Source: Chrysomallon squamiferum
Taxonomy: Eukaryota > Animalia > Mollusca
Direction: 5' to 3'
DNA length: 64,000 bases
Assembly (NCBI GenBank): GCA_012295275.1
Contig: CM022669.1
Location: 8,928,001-8,992,000 of the forward strand
Below, piece after piece: positions 30,073-58,148 of this stretch (position 1 is its first letter; the number at the start of each line of letters is the position of its first letter). The notes beneath the pieces are model-generated. The model was not told the DNA's origin. It ran no database searches and saw only the letters and a list, made by a program, of their open reading frames with translations. The position numbers and the translations under genes are program-made.

Positions 30073-31865
30073 TTATTATTATTATTATATTTATTTATTT
30101 TTAATTAATTAATTTATTTTTTAACTTCAAATACATATAGGTGCGTTTATGTCTGTGTATATATCTCTGTCTGTGTATCTCTGGTAATCTGTTTGTTGGT
30201 ATGATTGATATGAATGTTTTTTTTTGTATTTGAATATAAATACATATGCGACAGTCTATATAGGTGTGTTTCTATGTATAAAATAAAACAAAAGACACAT
30301 ACACACAGACACACACACATATAGTCTCATTTGAATGAATGAATGAAAATTAATAGCTTGAATATCAAAATAGCGTTATCGTCACAAAGATGCATGCATA
30401 GACAGTTACACAGATGCATACTTACACATACAAACACTCATACACACACATACGTACGCAAATATATTCATAAACACACACAGAAAAAAAAAAAAAAACA
30501 ACAACACACACATAGCAACAAACAAAAAGACATATATAAATACTAACGCACAAACACACAAACTCGTAGACACATACACATAATATTCATACATATACTC
30601 ATACAAACATGCACACACATACAAATACACATACACATACTCAAACGACTGGTACACACATACACACACACGCACGCACATGCACCCATCTTTGTTTGAG
30701 ATGTATATTTATATATATCTACATATACATAATTCAAACCCAGACAAAGACGCCATTTCCACTTTTTCTTGAAATGCTTTTTCGTTTGATAATTGGGCTT
30801 TTACCAGCGTTTCCTCACCTAATGGATTTGCAATGGAGGCAATTTGCGTACAAATTTCTCTCGTTTCAACTGTCGCATTTCTTTTCAGGAAGCTCCTGTA
30901 GCGAACAATGGCAACACTAGAATAGAAAACTGATTTTAAAAGGTTACACTAACTTATTAGGATTTCCAAATTGGAATTTCTAGATCAGAAGTGGAAAAAA
31001 AATATATTAAAAGAAGAAAAGTGAGTGAGAGAGAGGTAGGGAAAAAAAAAAAAAAAAAAAAAAATAAAAATAAAAATAAAAATAAAAGTAGAAGAAGAAG
31101 AAAAAAAAGAATTTTAAAAGATGTAAAAAAAAAAAAAAAAAAAATATATGTTTCAATCTTAAGGGGTTATTAAGTAGTATTTTCACTATTAACACTGATA
31201 AATAAAACACACTCCTAAAAACCTAACAAAAAATAAATAAAAAGAAAAAAGAAACAAAATAAAAATAAAAAGGATCACAATAAATAAATAAATAAAAATA
31301 AATAAATCTTGTGCAACCCCCCAACCCCCCCGAAAACAAACAAACAAGAAAGTAAGGTTGAGAACAAAAGACATGTATGTGTGTATGTACGAGTGTGTAT
31401 GTGTACGTGTGTGTTTATGCGTTTGTGTGAGAGTGCGTATATAGACCGAAACAAAAGAAAAACAAATATTGAAACACAGAGTTAGACAAAAAACAAAAAC
31501 AACAACAACAAAAAAACATGACAGCAAGAGAAAACAACAAAATAAAAAAAATAAAAAATAAAAAAATAAAAAATGGAGAGAGATAAAGTGCACATTTAGT
31601 TTAAACGAACTGAACATTTTATTAAGAAAATCGATTCACTGTCCTTTATAATTTTTTTTTTTTTTTAATTTTATTTAATTTTATTAAGGAAAAGGGTCTA
31701 ATGGACGAAGCTTGAAATGGATCTTTACATTAACAACAGCAACAAAAAAGTGTTTTGAAACACATAAAAGAGAGAAAGAAAAACGGGGGGAAAAAAAGGA
31801 GAAGAGAATAATGTTGTATTTAATTTTCTCTGCGGTCTTACCAATGATAATAATAATAAAAATAA

Positions 31866-31908
<43 letters not shown>

Positions 31909-32009
31909 AATAAAATAAAAATAAAGTTTCTTAAATAAATATTATTTAATAAAAATATAAAACTCAAATAAATGGTGATAATGTTTGTAGTTATAGATAA
32001 CTGAATCTG

Positions 32010-32088
<79 letters not shown>

Positions 32089-33843
32089 TTAATTTTGAAA
32101 TATAAATTATAACACATCCAAATACCTAGTACACAACACAGGATACGTCTAAACTCGGGACAGGAAACAAGTATCCAAACTGCATAAGATAGCGATAAAT
32201 AATTGTATGACGTCATGTAGCAGATAACTTAAAAAAAAAGAAAGAAATAGCTGAGTTGTCTCCCTTTGATACTTTGTTGCTGCGTGAATCGAAATGAAAA
32301 GCAATCAAGTGATGTTTGAAACTCAGCGATTAAAAGGTGAGACAACGAAGGTAATAATTATGTGTAGTTAGCAGATATTCTAAAGGACTAAATCTGCACT
32401 TCTGTGTAAATATGACGAGTCGCGTGATTGTTCATTGATGTTGTAAATCAGAATTTGTTAAGATATACACAGTTTGATAACTTGAACTCAGCATATTAAA
32501 TAAAATAAAATAAAATAAAATAAAATAAATAAAAAGGCCAACATAAAACAACAAAATTATTAAATGCATTAAATTTTCATTATTTTTTTATTTTGGATGA
32601 ACTGTTTAGATGGAAAATAATAAATAAAACAAAGTAAAATATCCAAACATTACACCAAATAACGTTAATTTAAGAAAAATGGTTGATTGTAATAATAATC
32701 GTATTTTTAATTCTCAGATATACACAAAATATCTATAATAACAAAATAGTTTTAAATTTTTAATAATTCTCTTACTTGTTACTCAACCTTCACCAACAGT
32801 AACACTTAGAGTGCAGCGCAGAATTTATCAAGCCCCCACACAGAAACACACACACAAGCACACACACATACGCACACCCTGATGGATTATACACATTGTA
32901 AATTGGCAAAAAAATAATCTATACAAAACATGCCTTTTTTTTTTTTTTTTTAAATAGTTTAGAAAAAAGAATTAAAAAATAACTGTTTAAACTAAAACAA
33001 TCACCAACATTTAGAAACAAAAATTACATGTTTTCAAATATCAGTTAGTTTTCTTTAATAAAATAATAACTATTTTTGCAGTCCAGTTTGTCAGTTTCAG
33101 ATATCACAGACATCACTAGATTCAGAAAGAAAACTGTTTTGTTTCACATAGAATAAAAAAAAAGATCAAGTTTCTAAATAGTTATTGTTTATAAAAAAAT
33201 AAATAAATATGTGGCATTTTGTAATTATAATATAAAATATTTTTATATCTGTTTTTAAGTACTTTTTAATTTCTAAACAAAATGGTGTATTTCAGTTTAG
33301 TCTTCATTTCACAAGCATAAATAATTTTAAACTTTGCATTTAAAAAAAATATATATAATAACAATAATCTTAAAAAAATAAATAAATAAAGGAAATAAAA
33401 AATTAGAATTTAAAGAAATAAAAAAAAATTATTTAAGTAATTTTATATCTAATATATTTTTAATAAAAATATTCATTATTTTCATTTTAAAATTTTTAGT
33501 TTATCTTTTGTGGCAACCAACTTTGATAAAAAAATAAAGAAACACTGAAGTACAGTTATTATGTCAGAAAAATATTAAGTTACAGCACTTCTGTTTTCCA
33601 AGTATGTCAGAATAACATATTTATTACAACAGGAGACAATAAAACAAATAAAACACAATTCCTAATCTGCAGATTCATTTGAGTCTATCTTCCCATTCTA
33701 AATAATAATCAATTTTCTTTTCTGCTGCATAGTAATACACAATTAATGTTGTTAACAAATACAAATAAAATTTTATAAGAAAATATATAAAGTGTGATAG
33801 ATAAATAATAATAATAATAATAAAAATAGTAGTAGTAGTAGTA

Positions 33844-33931
<88 letters not shown>

Positions 33932-34242
33932 CAATTTTTGCTACACTGAAGTGAGAGGTAACTTCATTTCAACACACCTCCACAATCCCACAACCACACT
34001 AGTGAATATTTTCACAAAATATTAAATATTTGTTTTATTGTCTGAGAAATGTTGACATCATATTGTGTTATTACATCGTAAACTATTTCTAATCAGTGTT
34101 TATTATTACAAATTATTTTTCCTTGTCAAGCATAATGAAATGAAGTTAGCAGGTGTAATAAAATATTTATTAAATGTACAAGTGTAAATCTAAACATACT
34201 GTAGTTGATACCCTGTTTGGGTATATATTTTGGAATCTAAAC

Positions 34243-34287
<45 letters not shown>

Positions 34288-34555
34288 ACTCAAAAATTTC
34301 AGTGTAAAGTTATAAAATATTGCAATTAATTTACAAGTCTGGTTTAAATATTGAAACTTTATTTTAAACCATTCATTTAGCCATGCATCAGTTTAAAATT
34401 TAAAATATTTAGTATTTTTTTAATAACAAAAACATTGAATACAATTTTTCAACCATTCAGACCCTCATTTTCTTTTAACCTTAAAATTTCCAGTTAATAT
34501 CCATACACAGCAAAGGTACCAAAACATTTTGAGCAAATAACACAAAGAGAGAATT

Positions 34556-34589
<34 letters not shown>

Positions 34590-36380
34590 ACATACAGACA
34601 TACATACACGTAATTTTCTCCCTGCTTAATACTTAAAAACAAACAAAACATGCTTATTTAAAAATCCAATTAACTATTGCAAAACAGAAAATACAGAATA
34701 GTGATTCATTTGAGGATTATTAAAATTATAAATTATTTTATCACAGAAACTGGTTTGTATTCATGATATTTCAATAGATTTACCAACATTAAACTGATAT
34801 TATGTTTTGTTTTATAAAAAGAGTCTGACAGTGTTGATACCACATTGCCATTGTCGGGCAAATAAACTGTTAAGTATTCACTGAAATTTCACCGTTAAAA
34901 ATGTACAGTTTATAAAGCCAGGTAAGTAACAACTAACAAATTATACATAAAACACAAATAATAAACAGGTGAGAAAGTATATATATATATATATATATAT
35001 GTGAGCAGTGTGCATTATGAGCTGTTTTTTTCAAATATACACAGTATTATGTCTACACTGATAAAATATTTATACACTGGCCAGCTGTTTATTGATTTAA
35101 TTAAAACAAAAAATAACAACCAAAAAGTCACCCAACAAAAAAATGTCAGGACTCCCCCAAAAAAAAACAACATTAGCTTTAAATACTATAATTTTTTTTT
35201 AATGTTTTTTAATTCAGACTTTTTTTTTTTTTTTTTTTTTTCATTTATAATGAAAAGAGAATAATATGATTATGACTCTCTGTCAGAAAGTCACGAATCA
35301 ACCTGGTGACAATTTTCAATATAAAATTTCAGTTTACCTTAATTATAATACTTTCTGATCGACCTTTTTTTAACAGATTTCTCTTTGTTCTTTCTTTTCA
35401 CAAAACCTGAGTAGAAGATATTATAATTTTAGATAAATACCACAGTTTTTTTTTATAATACTGCCTGATTAAGACAACAAACAAATACATATATAAAACA
35501 CATTACATTCTCAGAATTGTTAATGTCAGGTTTTTCAATAAGTTTTAGAACCAGTAGGTAGATGTGAATAGTTTTAAAAAAAAAAAAAAAAAAAAAATTT
35601 TTTTTTTTTTTTTAATGATCAATACAAATCAAACTTTCATAAAAGAAATCAAAATGATTAGCTGTAGGATAAATAACATACACTGTGTATGGTAACAAAT
35701 ATTTAATACTTTTTTTTTCTTTTTTTAAAAAAAAAAACAAAACAAAAACAATCTGAATAAGTGAATGTTAATTGCACACCTCATTTATAAAAAATTACAT
35801 ACGTAACATACACATTTAAAAAAAATATTTAGCCTCATTGCCCCTTCTCAGTTCTGGAAATAGCAAAATCTAAATGAAAAACATCACTGGTTTTGTTTAT
35901 TTTTATAAGTTTATAATAAAAACACTAACATTTAATATGTGAGCTAAATAACTTTAGTGTTCATGGTGTATCTAATGAACAGTTTTAGTGTGCTTTTCTT
36001 AAAGCAATATAATTCTTGTTTGGTTAAAAACCTGCGAGTTATGTCACCTTTAATGCTCAAGCAGTTTATTATAATTTATAATATAATCACTTGAATATTA
36101 ACATTTTAATACTTCAAAAAATGAAAAAAAAAAAAAAATAATAAAGTTGCCAACATACATATTAATTGTTTCTGACATATATTACATACCGGTTCAACAC
36201 ATCTGACCAGTTTTCTGTGTAAAAAAAAAATAAAAAATAAACAAAAAAATAAAATTGTTGTAAACTGCCACAACTTCTCAGTTTATTCTTTCACAGTAGT
36301 AAAAAGTAAATAAAAAAATAAATAATCAGTATCTGAGAAGGTTTTTGTGTACAGTGGTCGTACATGAACCGATCCAATGA

Positions 36381-49418
<13,038 letters not shown>

Positions 49419-51876
49419 CATTGAGCTTGAGCTTATAGGTATCAGTGGAGAAAATGAAATCAGCTGAAAAATTTAAAAAAGAAAATACAAAATGCAGTGT
49501 TGATTTAAGTTTCTGTGTTGTGTACATCAGTCTGTATGTTTTTTTTTTGAATCAGTATAACCAAGTGATAAACATAATACAAAACACCATGAATATGTTG
49601 TTGTGTATCAACCCTTTTTACATATATAAATGAAATACTTATACTGTGTAGACTGATAGTAATTATAGGTATACAAAACTGAAAAAAGTTTTGATGGTTG
49701 GATATAGTTTTTCTTCTTTTATTAAAGGGAAAAAAAAAAAAAAAAAAAAATGTGTACAAAATGTTTCACATTTGCAATTAAATATATCAAAAATTCAAAT
49801 TAAAAAAAAACAAAAAATCATTTGAAGAAAAAATAAAAATTTAAAGTTACATATTTACATATCAATACTTTGTGGCTGCATAAGTTTTTTTTTTTTTTAA
49901 ATGTTTTCTTCCAAAATGAGTTAGTATAATGATTATATTTGTACTAGCAGTAAAATATTCAGTAAAGCCTCTCATCAAATCAACTTTTTATTGTTTGTTA
50001 GTGTCCAAAATGACTTAAAATGATCACTGCTAAACTGTGGAGAAATAAAGGTGACAGACTGGAGCAGTAATCAAAACATGGGGAACCAAGTTTGAGTATC
50101 TCCAAAACGAAAGTGATGTTTCATCATCAGTGCCAATCATCATTGAAATAATAATATAATTCTATCTTTGAAATATCTCTAAGTTCCTAACCTAAATTTG
50201 ACATGAAGTAACATATAAATCAAACCAAATGAATTTAGTGAGGTTAAGATTGGCTTGATTGCACATCAATGTATACAAAACACGTTCACATCAACAATAC
50301 ATAAGGCTCGTCTGACATTCAATAGCTAACGATAAATAGTAACACAGTAACAGTAACGTCGTAGATGTTAGAATAATCTAACACGTGACTTACAGTTATA
50401 TTCAGCTCATTTCTTTTTTAGTCTAAACAGACTACAGCCTTCCTCTGGGTGTCACGGTAAAAACAAATCACATCATAAAGTGTGGTGAAAACGTGATTTA
50501 AGAAAATAATATCCTTCTATGAAATGCTGCAACCCTCATATATCTTTCAGAATTGATCTAAATATAGAAATGTACTATTCCCTAAATCGCACTTTCCATT
50601 TGAAAAAAAAAAACCCTCACCCAAACTAACAATCAATTAAAATATAAATATGTAAATTAAATTATACAAATAAAGATATTAATATCATATGAAGTCTATT
50701 ATTATTAAAACAACAACAATAATAGGAAAAATCTCTATATTTATTGTTCTATTGATAAACAGCGATATTTAAAACTCATTGCCAGCCACTTGTTATGTAA
50801 TTATTTGAGATAATAATAAATGTAATAATTTCTTGTACTCTTATTTTGAATTCTGTTTAAGTTAATATTATGAACGGGTTTAATTTTAATTTTGAAAATA
50901 TTTAATTGTAAATATACATGCATAAATGACACTGTTACTGCATATATGGTTTTTATGATATTCATTATTTGTTATCTATAATTTTATATCCAGATATATA
51001 AAAAAAAAAAAAACATTATTTGGCTAGCACTGTGGTGGGTTTTACAGGGGGGATATTAAAATAAAATAAAATAAAACAACCACCACCAACAACAACAAAA
51101 ACAAAAACAAAACAAGTTAATAATAGGTATTTGTGAAAAATAAATGTTTGCAGACTTCTGCAATATAATAAATACTACATATAATTGCCGAAAACAGTTT
51201 GAATATACTTGTTTCATCACCGGCGAATATTGCATAACAATTAACTAAGTCAATACTGGCAGTTTGGTAGTTAAAGAAATAAATGGTTTATTTTATCCGA
51301 TCTTTCGTTCATCTTTGTACACACACAACACATTCTATTTCTTTATCACGGGATACACCAGAGTAGTTGTTTAGATACAATGTGCGATCGTGCACGCTAT
51401 TTATAGTTTCGGATATCACTCGGTCGTTTCGTCAAATTTCGGTTCAATCGAAAACAATATATAAAATGAATTGGCGGAACTATCCGAAAGTCGACGGGAA
51501 TCTAACTGTGCGGAAATGTTATTTTTAGAAATGAAAGTTCACCACAGTCATTAACTTTTATACACTTGCTCAGTTTTAGATAATAGCAAGTTAGTAATAT
51601 CTATAAATATCTTAGGCCCAACAGAATACACAAGTTTAATTTATCTAAAACGTTAAACTGACATCTAATGTTTACTGCATCTGTTGGGTATTACTAAAAA
51701 CACTACCGCCACTACTACTACCACTATCTCTACCACTAGTACTACAACAACAAGTATTACTACCTTTTTATCCTCCTTGTTAATTTTATTTATTTTTTGC
51801 GGACAGAAAAGATAAATTTTAATCTATGGTGTTTTTAATGTCATTAATTAATTATTATTATTATTATTATTATTAA

Positions 51877-51909
<33 letters not shown>

Positions 51910-52074
51910 ATTCCAGAAATAACGAGAAAGGTAGTCCAGAAGGAACAGGTGATATGCTAATCGTTTTGGTATGCAAGGAATCGATAATAACAGGAAAACA
52001 CCTACCACGGACTTTGATAACGTAGTTGCTAGGTTACATTCTATCGGCCTAGCTCACTGAGAGTTATAGGGAAT

Positions 52075-52570
52075 ACCTATCTACCTATACACACACATAT
52101 ATATTCATACACCTACGTATATACACATACATATACCTACCTATACACACATACCCGCACATCTATTCCATCCGTCCATACATCCACACATATATCATCA
52201 CACACATACACATATATAAATCATACATGAAACATAATACATACATAGATATATGCATACATACATTCATCCATACATACATCATCACACACACACACAC
52301 ACACATACACACACACATATATAAATCATACATAAAACATACATACATACATAGATACATGCATGCATGCATACATACATTCATCCATACATATACACAT
52401 ACATACAAACATTCATATACATATATATATATATATATATATACATACATACATACAAACATACATAATACATAAAACATACATACATATATAAATACAA
52501 ATATACATAAAACATACACACAAACACACATACAAATATACATAAAACATACACACATAAACACATAAAG
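52075..52570. repeat. Compound (CATA/CA/TA)n microsatellite
   Basis: directly visible. Confidence 0.92.
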
Positions 52571-52809
52571 GTAACCAGACACAAGGGTTTAGATAGCTAT
52601 ATTTTGCAATAACATTCAAAAGACCACTGCATCTGCTACAGAAGAAACGTATATCTTTAATATGCAAGAACCGGCTTGACATTCTCATTCAAACAAGCTA
52701 CCTTTTACAATTACATACACGCTTATAAACGGGTGGAAAGTAATGCTTTGTGAAGTTAAAAACAAGAATCGACACAAGACGCATGGATTTATAACAACTT
52801 GTTACTTAC

Positions 52810-52990
52810 CAACTGTTCTAGGACTGTTGCATTTGATTAAAGTCGGCAGTCAGTAAACGCTGTGAAGGACAAAAAAATTTCACGACAAGTGGACTTTTTC
52901 GTCAACGGTTGAATTAGTCAGGCTAAACCGGCATCATTAAACTGAGCGTACACGCCATTTCTTACAAAACAGTTCAGCGTTTTCTTCCAC
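52810..52990 (-). other. HMGCR: Probable non-coding first exon of HMGCR (5' end approximate)
   Basis: consensus donor TTG|gtaagt at 52804-52812; Inr-like TCAGTT at 52940-52945, YY1-like AAATGGCG at 52953-52960; lies upstream of the acceptor at 49463. Confidence 0.6.
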
Positions 52991-53009
52991 TTACAACTGT
53001 CAAGTCATC

Positions 53010-53060
53010 AGCTCATATCGTACGAGGAGTAATCCGCGCTTTCATTGGTCAGTTCAGGAA
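53010..53060 (-). promoter_or_regulatory. Probable HMGCR proximal promoter (CCAAT box with neighbouring SRE-like element)
   Basis: CCAAT on the minus strand at 53044-53048; ATCGTACGAG at 53017-53026; locally CpG-rich, flanked by AT-rich DNA. Confidence 0.5.
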
Positions 53061-53366
53061 ATTCCCGTTTAGAGGTCAGAGTTCGTGCACTATTCCTTGG
53101 AAACCTCCCATTCTCCTAGCTACGGCAGTGTAATTATGTTACAGTCATGTTTCTATTTAAAGTTGTACCTTTATTTTGAATATGTAGGAATATCTTGTAA
53201 AAAATATCGAAGACAGTTAATTATATTTCTCTGTAAGTGTCGAAATTGATTCCAACTTCAATGAATCAAATTTTAACTCCTAAAACATGTAATTTATAAT
53301 TACTGCTCCAGTAATGAATATTGTACGTTATGTTTTTAATTTTCTGACTCTATTCACATGGAAAGA

Positions 53367-53404
<38 letters not shown>

Positions 53405-54817
53405 TTTTATTATTATTAATATATTATTATTATTGTTATTATTATAAATACCGATAATACTATTTTAGATATTTTGTTTTGATTGTAATATATTTTTATA
53501 TTTTTAAATAATAATTTAAAAACGAAGGCAACATACATACATACATACATACATACATACATACAGACAAATAGATATATATATATATGACAATAGGTTT
53601 TGAATATCAACGTCCTTATCATCAATGGAATTTTTGTTTTTAAGTCTCATTATTTTGCAAGTTGTCAGAAATTCATTAAAAAAACCAGTCCCTACCGTTA
53701 CGGTATTGCGCATCAGAGAAAACAGTGCTGTTAGCAGTTACCAGACTACATTTAGTAGTTAATATGTAGAAGAAAACAGAAGAATAATTATATAAATGTG
53801 AAACTGTTTTAAAATTGTGCTGACCACACGATTTAATTTTAATCCAAGACACAACCTAATTTCTTTGGCAAAAAAAAAGACCCTACTAAAACAAAAATAA
53901 TTAAATTATGATAATGCACTTTACCTTTCCAGTCATAATTTGAAGGCAGTAACTGTGGATGTATCCTACGGGTGGTTGTCATAGAAATGTATGAGCACGA
54001 AGTTACACATACTCAAAAAAACTCCCTTTTGACTATAATTAATACATTAACCGCGAGTGGTCTTATTTTATTGAGCCAGCCGACCTTCACCTTTCCCTGT
54101 CACAGTGACCCAGAAACAAATCGCCTGTTTTAGGGCATTTTTTCAACGCCGCGCATTAATATAATCTTTTGTTATGTTTTTGATTTTCGTCTTCCTCTTC
54201 GGCATCTAATTTTCGTCATTTTCAAATGCTAAAGAAACTGCTATTCAGACTTGTAGAATAAATTTTTCATTATTGATTTAAAACTTATTTAACCTGTTAA
54301 ATATATCACGAACTAGTTTTCTATAGTTATTAGGCCAAGACAAAAATTACCTTGGTTGTGGGCTCTTTTTCTCGGTTCAAATGCCTGTCTGACGAAAGTG
54401 AGGGTAGTGAAAGTGAGATATAAAGAAAATTATTTCAGTTAGAAATAATAGTATAACAACCTATATAATTTTTGATTTTAATTATTTATATTCGCCTGTG
54501 TTAACAATTTACTCATATTATTTTTATTGTTTTTTCTTTCCCCACATCTGTTCATTAATTCTGTCACATAATTCTGAGATTAGTCTTTTTATGTTGCGTT
54601 TTATTCAGAATATTGTGTTGTACTAGAAGTGAAAGACAAACTGAAAACGTCTGTCAGTTTAACTGGAAAGTGGACTTCGTTTAATATTGTCTCATATCAC
54701 TTATTTTTACAAAGTTTGAAATATACATCGGACTATATTGTTTTTTTAAAAATGTTTAAAAAAAATATCTAAACAAAATAAAATGAAATAAATGAATAAG
54801 AAAAAATTTAAATAAAT

Positions 54818-54852
<35 letters not shown>

Positions 54853-55155
54853 AACAACCCCCACCAAAAAACAACATCAACAAAAAAAACAAAACAAAAA
54901 AACAACAACAATAACAACAAAAATGCGGCACAACAACAAACAGGCAAGCAAGCAAACAAACAAACAAAAACTGAGAAGAAGAACAACAAAGTAACCAACC
55001 GAACACAAAATAATAAGTTAAAACAAACAAAGCAACACAAAACAAAACAAAAATAAACCAAAAAAACAATTTAAAAGACTACAAAACAAAAGAACTATTA
55101 AACTAAAACTAATGATAAAAAAATAAATAAATAAAAACTACAAATTCCCCCTCCC

Positions 55156-55189
<34 letters not shown>

Positions 55190-55980
55190 AACAACAACAA
55201 CGGATTAACAATTAATCGAGAATTATTAACTGAGATACAATATCACCATGACATGCCCGTGTAACACGTGCAATAACAAGCGAGTATCTCGTCATCACGT
55301 GGCGTGTTTGATTATAATACGAGTTTAATTTTACAAAACACAGAACACATGTAACATAATTATACTCGAAGTACGTGCAGAGACACACATTCACGTCTAA
55401 TTTACACACTCTGAACACAGACTATAAATCTACTGAGATTTGACGTAATAAATTTTCTCTTTTGATCAGAGAGATATTTTATCTCTCACACATATTAAAA
55501 AACCCACAAAACCCCACAAAAACCCATTAAATATTAAAAAAATAAATTCGGTTACGCACAAATTCTGAAGTACATATGAAAGGAAGATGGATATACCAGG
55601 TCACAGAGAAGTTCAGGCGTACTTTAAAAACGTTCATTAGATACTAAACCAATCATTTTTCAGACCCCAGAATCGACTTAGTTTCATCATTTCTAGGCTG
55701 GGAGCAAACTGTTTAATTTTTATATCAGTCATTTTGAGGCGGTCTAGAATTAAGGAAATTTTAATTTATATCAAAGGCCGAATTTATATATATACATACA
55801 TATATATATATATGTCAGGAAGAAATATTTCATCTTTGTATTTTGTTAATAAATAATATTTAAATTTAATTACAGGTATGCAAATATCGGATAATTAGAT
55901 ACAAGTGTTTCAGTTTATAAACAAACTATATAAATTAAAATAAAAAAAGTCTTTCAGCAATTTATTATAAAAAATGTTGT

Positions 55981-56025
<45 letters not shown>

Positions 56026-56269
56026 TGTTGTAGTAATAGTAGTAATAGTAGTACTCGTAATAGCTGTTATTGTTATTGTACTAGTAGTTGTAGTGGTTGT
56101 TGTTGCGTTTGTTGTTGTTGTTGTAGTAGTCGTAGTAGTAGTAGTAGTGGTAGTAATTGTTGTTATATCCCATCACTTGATCACTTGAGAGGTAACAGAG
56201 TGAGCTGAGAAGAGTTCAGTGAGATTACTGTCGGTCAGATGATAAGAAGTAAGGTCATTTTCCTTTGTT

Positions 56270-56530
56270 GGTATAAATACTTTCTTAACTAGTGACACAG
56301 TTATTTACTTGCATAACTATCTACTTATTTACACGATTTTATTAGTTATTACCACAGTCACATACTTATTGCTATATTTTACTTACTTATTGGTACATTT
56401 ACTTACGTAACGGCATAGTTGTTTTCTTACAGATACTTTATATCATTTCTTACTTATTAGCAAGCAGTTACATACTTATTGGTATAGTTACTTACTTATT
56501 GGTATAATTACCCACTTACTTAATGGTTTA
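56270..56530. repeat. Degenerate tandem repeat, about 21-bp unit
   Basis: recurring tacttattggtatagttact-like units. Confidence 0.6.
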
Positions 56531-57941
56531 GTGACTAGCTCAGTTACATTGTTCTCAGTCACCTAGCTACTGACCATGAACCTTGTTAATAGTATTAACT
56601 CACTAGTTACGTAGCTGATCTAAGAAAAAAGAAAGTTTATCTTATCAACACACAACTTGATAAGTTATCAATCTCTCGAGTCAAGTACGTGTCCATTGTC
56701 ATCACTGCCTGTGATAAATATAAAGCGACTGATTTTCACACTTTCGTATGCAACAGAGATATCACCAAATAGCACACATAATTTAACCCTGTAGTGTACT
56801 TGATTAACGCGGTGATGTTAGTTACAATCATCCCTTGATATTCAAATCGTAATTTGGATTAACGCGCTTTCCAGTTTCCCGGGTTAAAGCAAGCACCCGC
56901 CAATGGCAGTGGGAGGGAGCTCTCAGACTTAGCCTCAAATCTGATTCCGTCACGTGATTATAATTAGAACCTTGCCAACATTAAAGAACTCGATAAAAAT
57001 GTTTTGAATCCCTTAAGCAACAAATAGTCGACATGCAGTCTTGTTTGCCTCCGTTTATTGAAACAGACTGAATCCTACGACAGAATTTATGGAGAATAAA
57101 AAAAAAAAAAAAAAAAAAAAAACTGTTCTAGCTATTCTTGATTTTGTTATTTTTATTTTAAAGGACATAAACATTGTTGTGAGAATTAGTTTGGATTTAA
57201 TAAATATTTTAGTTTTTGTTGTCTGTTTTTTTTTTTTTTTTTTTTTTTACAAGATAAATATATTAAATATATGTGTAGGCAGGTGAATCTGAATGTTTGT
57301 TTGGTCAGCATTCGATTGAGGATCAGTTATAATTTTTATCATTAATTATTACAATCATTTGATTTTAATATACGTGATAATAACATCGATGGAAAAAAGT
57401 TAGCTGTTGGCAAGGGGAGGTAACTCTTGTTATCTTAATGATTCGCTAACTTCCCTTTTTTTTTCCAGCACTGGACTAAAATTTTGTGGTTCTCGACATC
57501 TCAGCGGTCAAACTAGAAGGCTGGAACGTAATATGATGTATCAAACCTTTTCTGGATAGTTGCTTTATATGTTTGTCAAACACACTGATCCATTCATGCT
57601 ACATATGGGAACATGCATATGAAATACCGATTGTTGTTGATCAGTAACAATAAACCATGTAATATTTCGTTAGTTTTGTCTTTCACATAATACATCATAG
57701 CATCAACAACAACAAAAAAAAAAAAAAAAAAGGAGAAAAGAAAGAGAACAATTAAGACAATATCAATATTAAATCACTCAACTACCACAGAGTATACAAT
57801 ACAAAATATTTGTTTTAATTTATTAAATATTTGTTTGTTTGTATGTTATAAAATAAAGATTCTAATAGCATTTTATATCACTGTTTTATTAAAAAAAAAT
57901 TTTAAACTGAAAACTATTTTCTACTGTTTTCAGCAACTCAC

Positions 57942-58148
57942 CTGCTTCTCGTCGTCCTTGTTGTCGTCGACGTTGCTCTCTCGGTCGCACTCCGCGTCGT
58001 CATCACTGCTGTACTCGCCGGCACCATACGACGAGGACGACGTCGTCTCCTTCTTGAACCCAGTTTTGTCGCGAAACGTCTTGAAGGTGATTCTCAGAAG
58101 AAAACAAAGACAGCCGAAAGAGTGAAAGAAGATAATCGACCCGTGCAT
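57942..58148 (-). CDS. Candidate ATG-containing coding exon (69 aa); possible alternative N-terminal exon of HMGCR
   Basis: GC-rich, codon-like; MHGSIIFFHSFGCLCFLLRITFKTFRDKTGFKKETTSSSSYGAGEYSSDDDAECDRESNVDDNKDDEKQ then CAG|gtgagt, phase 0; possible upstream acceptor tttttcacacag near 58513. Confidence 0.55.

Noticed and set aside
32200-32460. Plus-strand first-exon-like segment (CRE TGACGTCA, ATG AAA AGC...AAG|gt)
   Set aside because: No downstream coding exon found before the HMGCR 3' region; unsupported.
35575-35612. A-tract followed by T-tract (hairpin or terminator-like; also 9140-9186)
   Set aside because: Homopolymers are ubiquitous in this window; no evidence of function.
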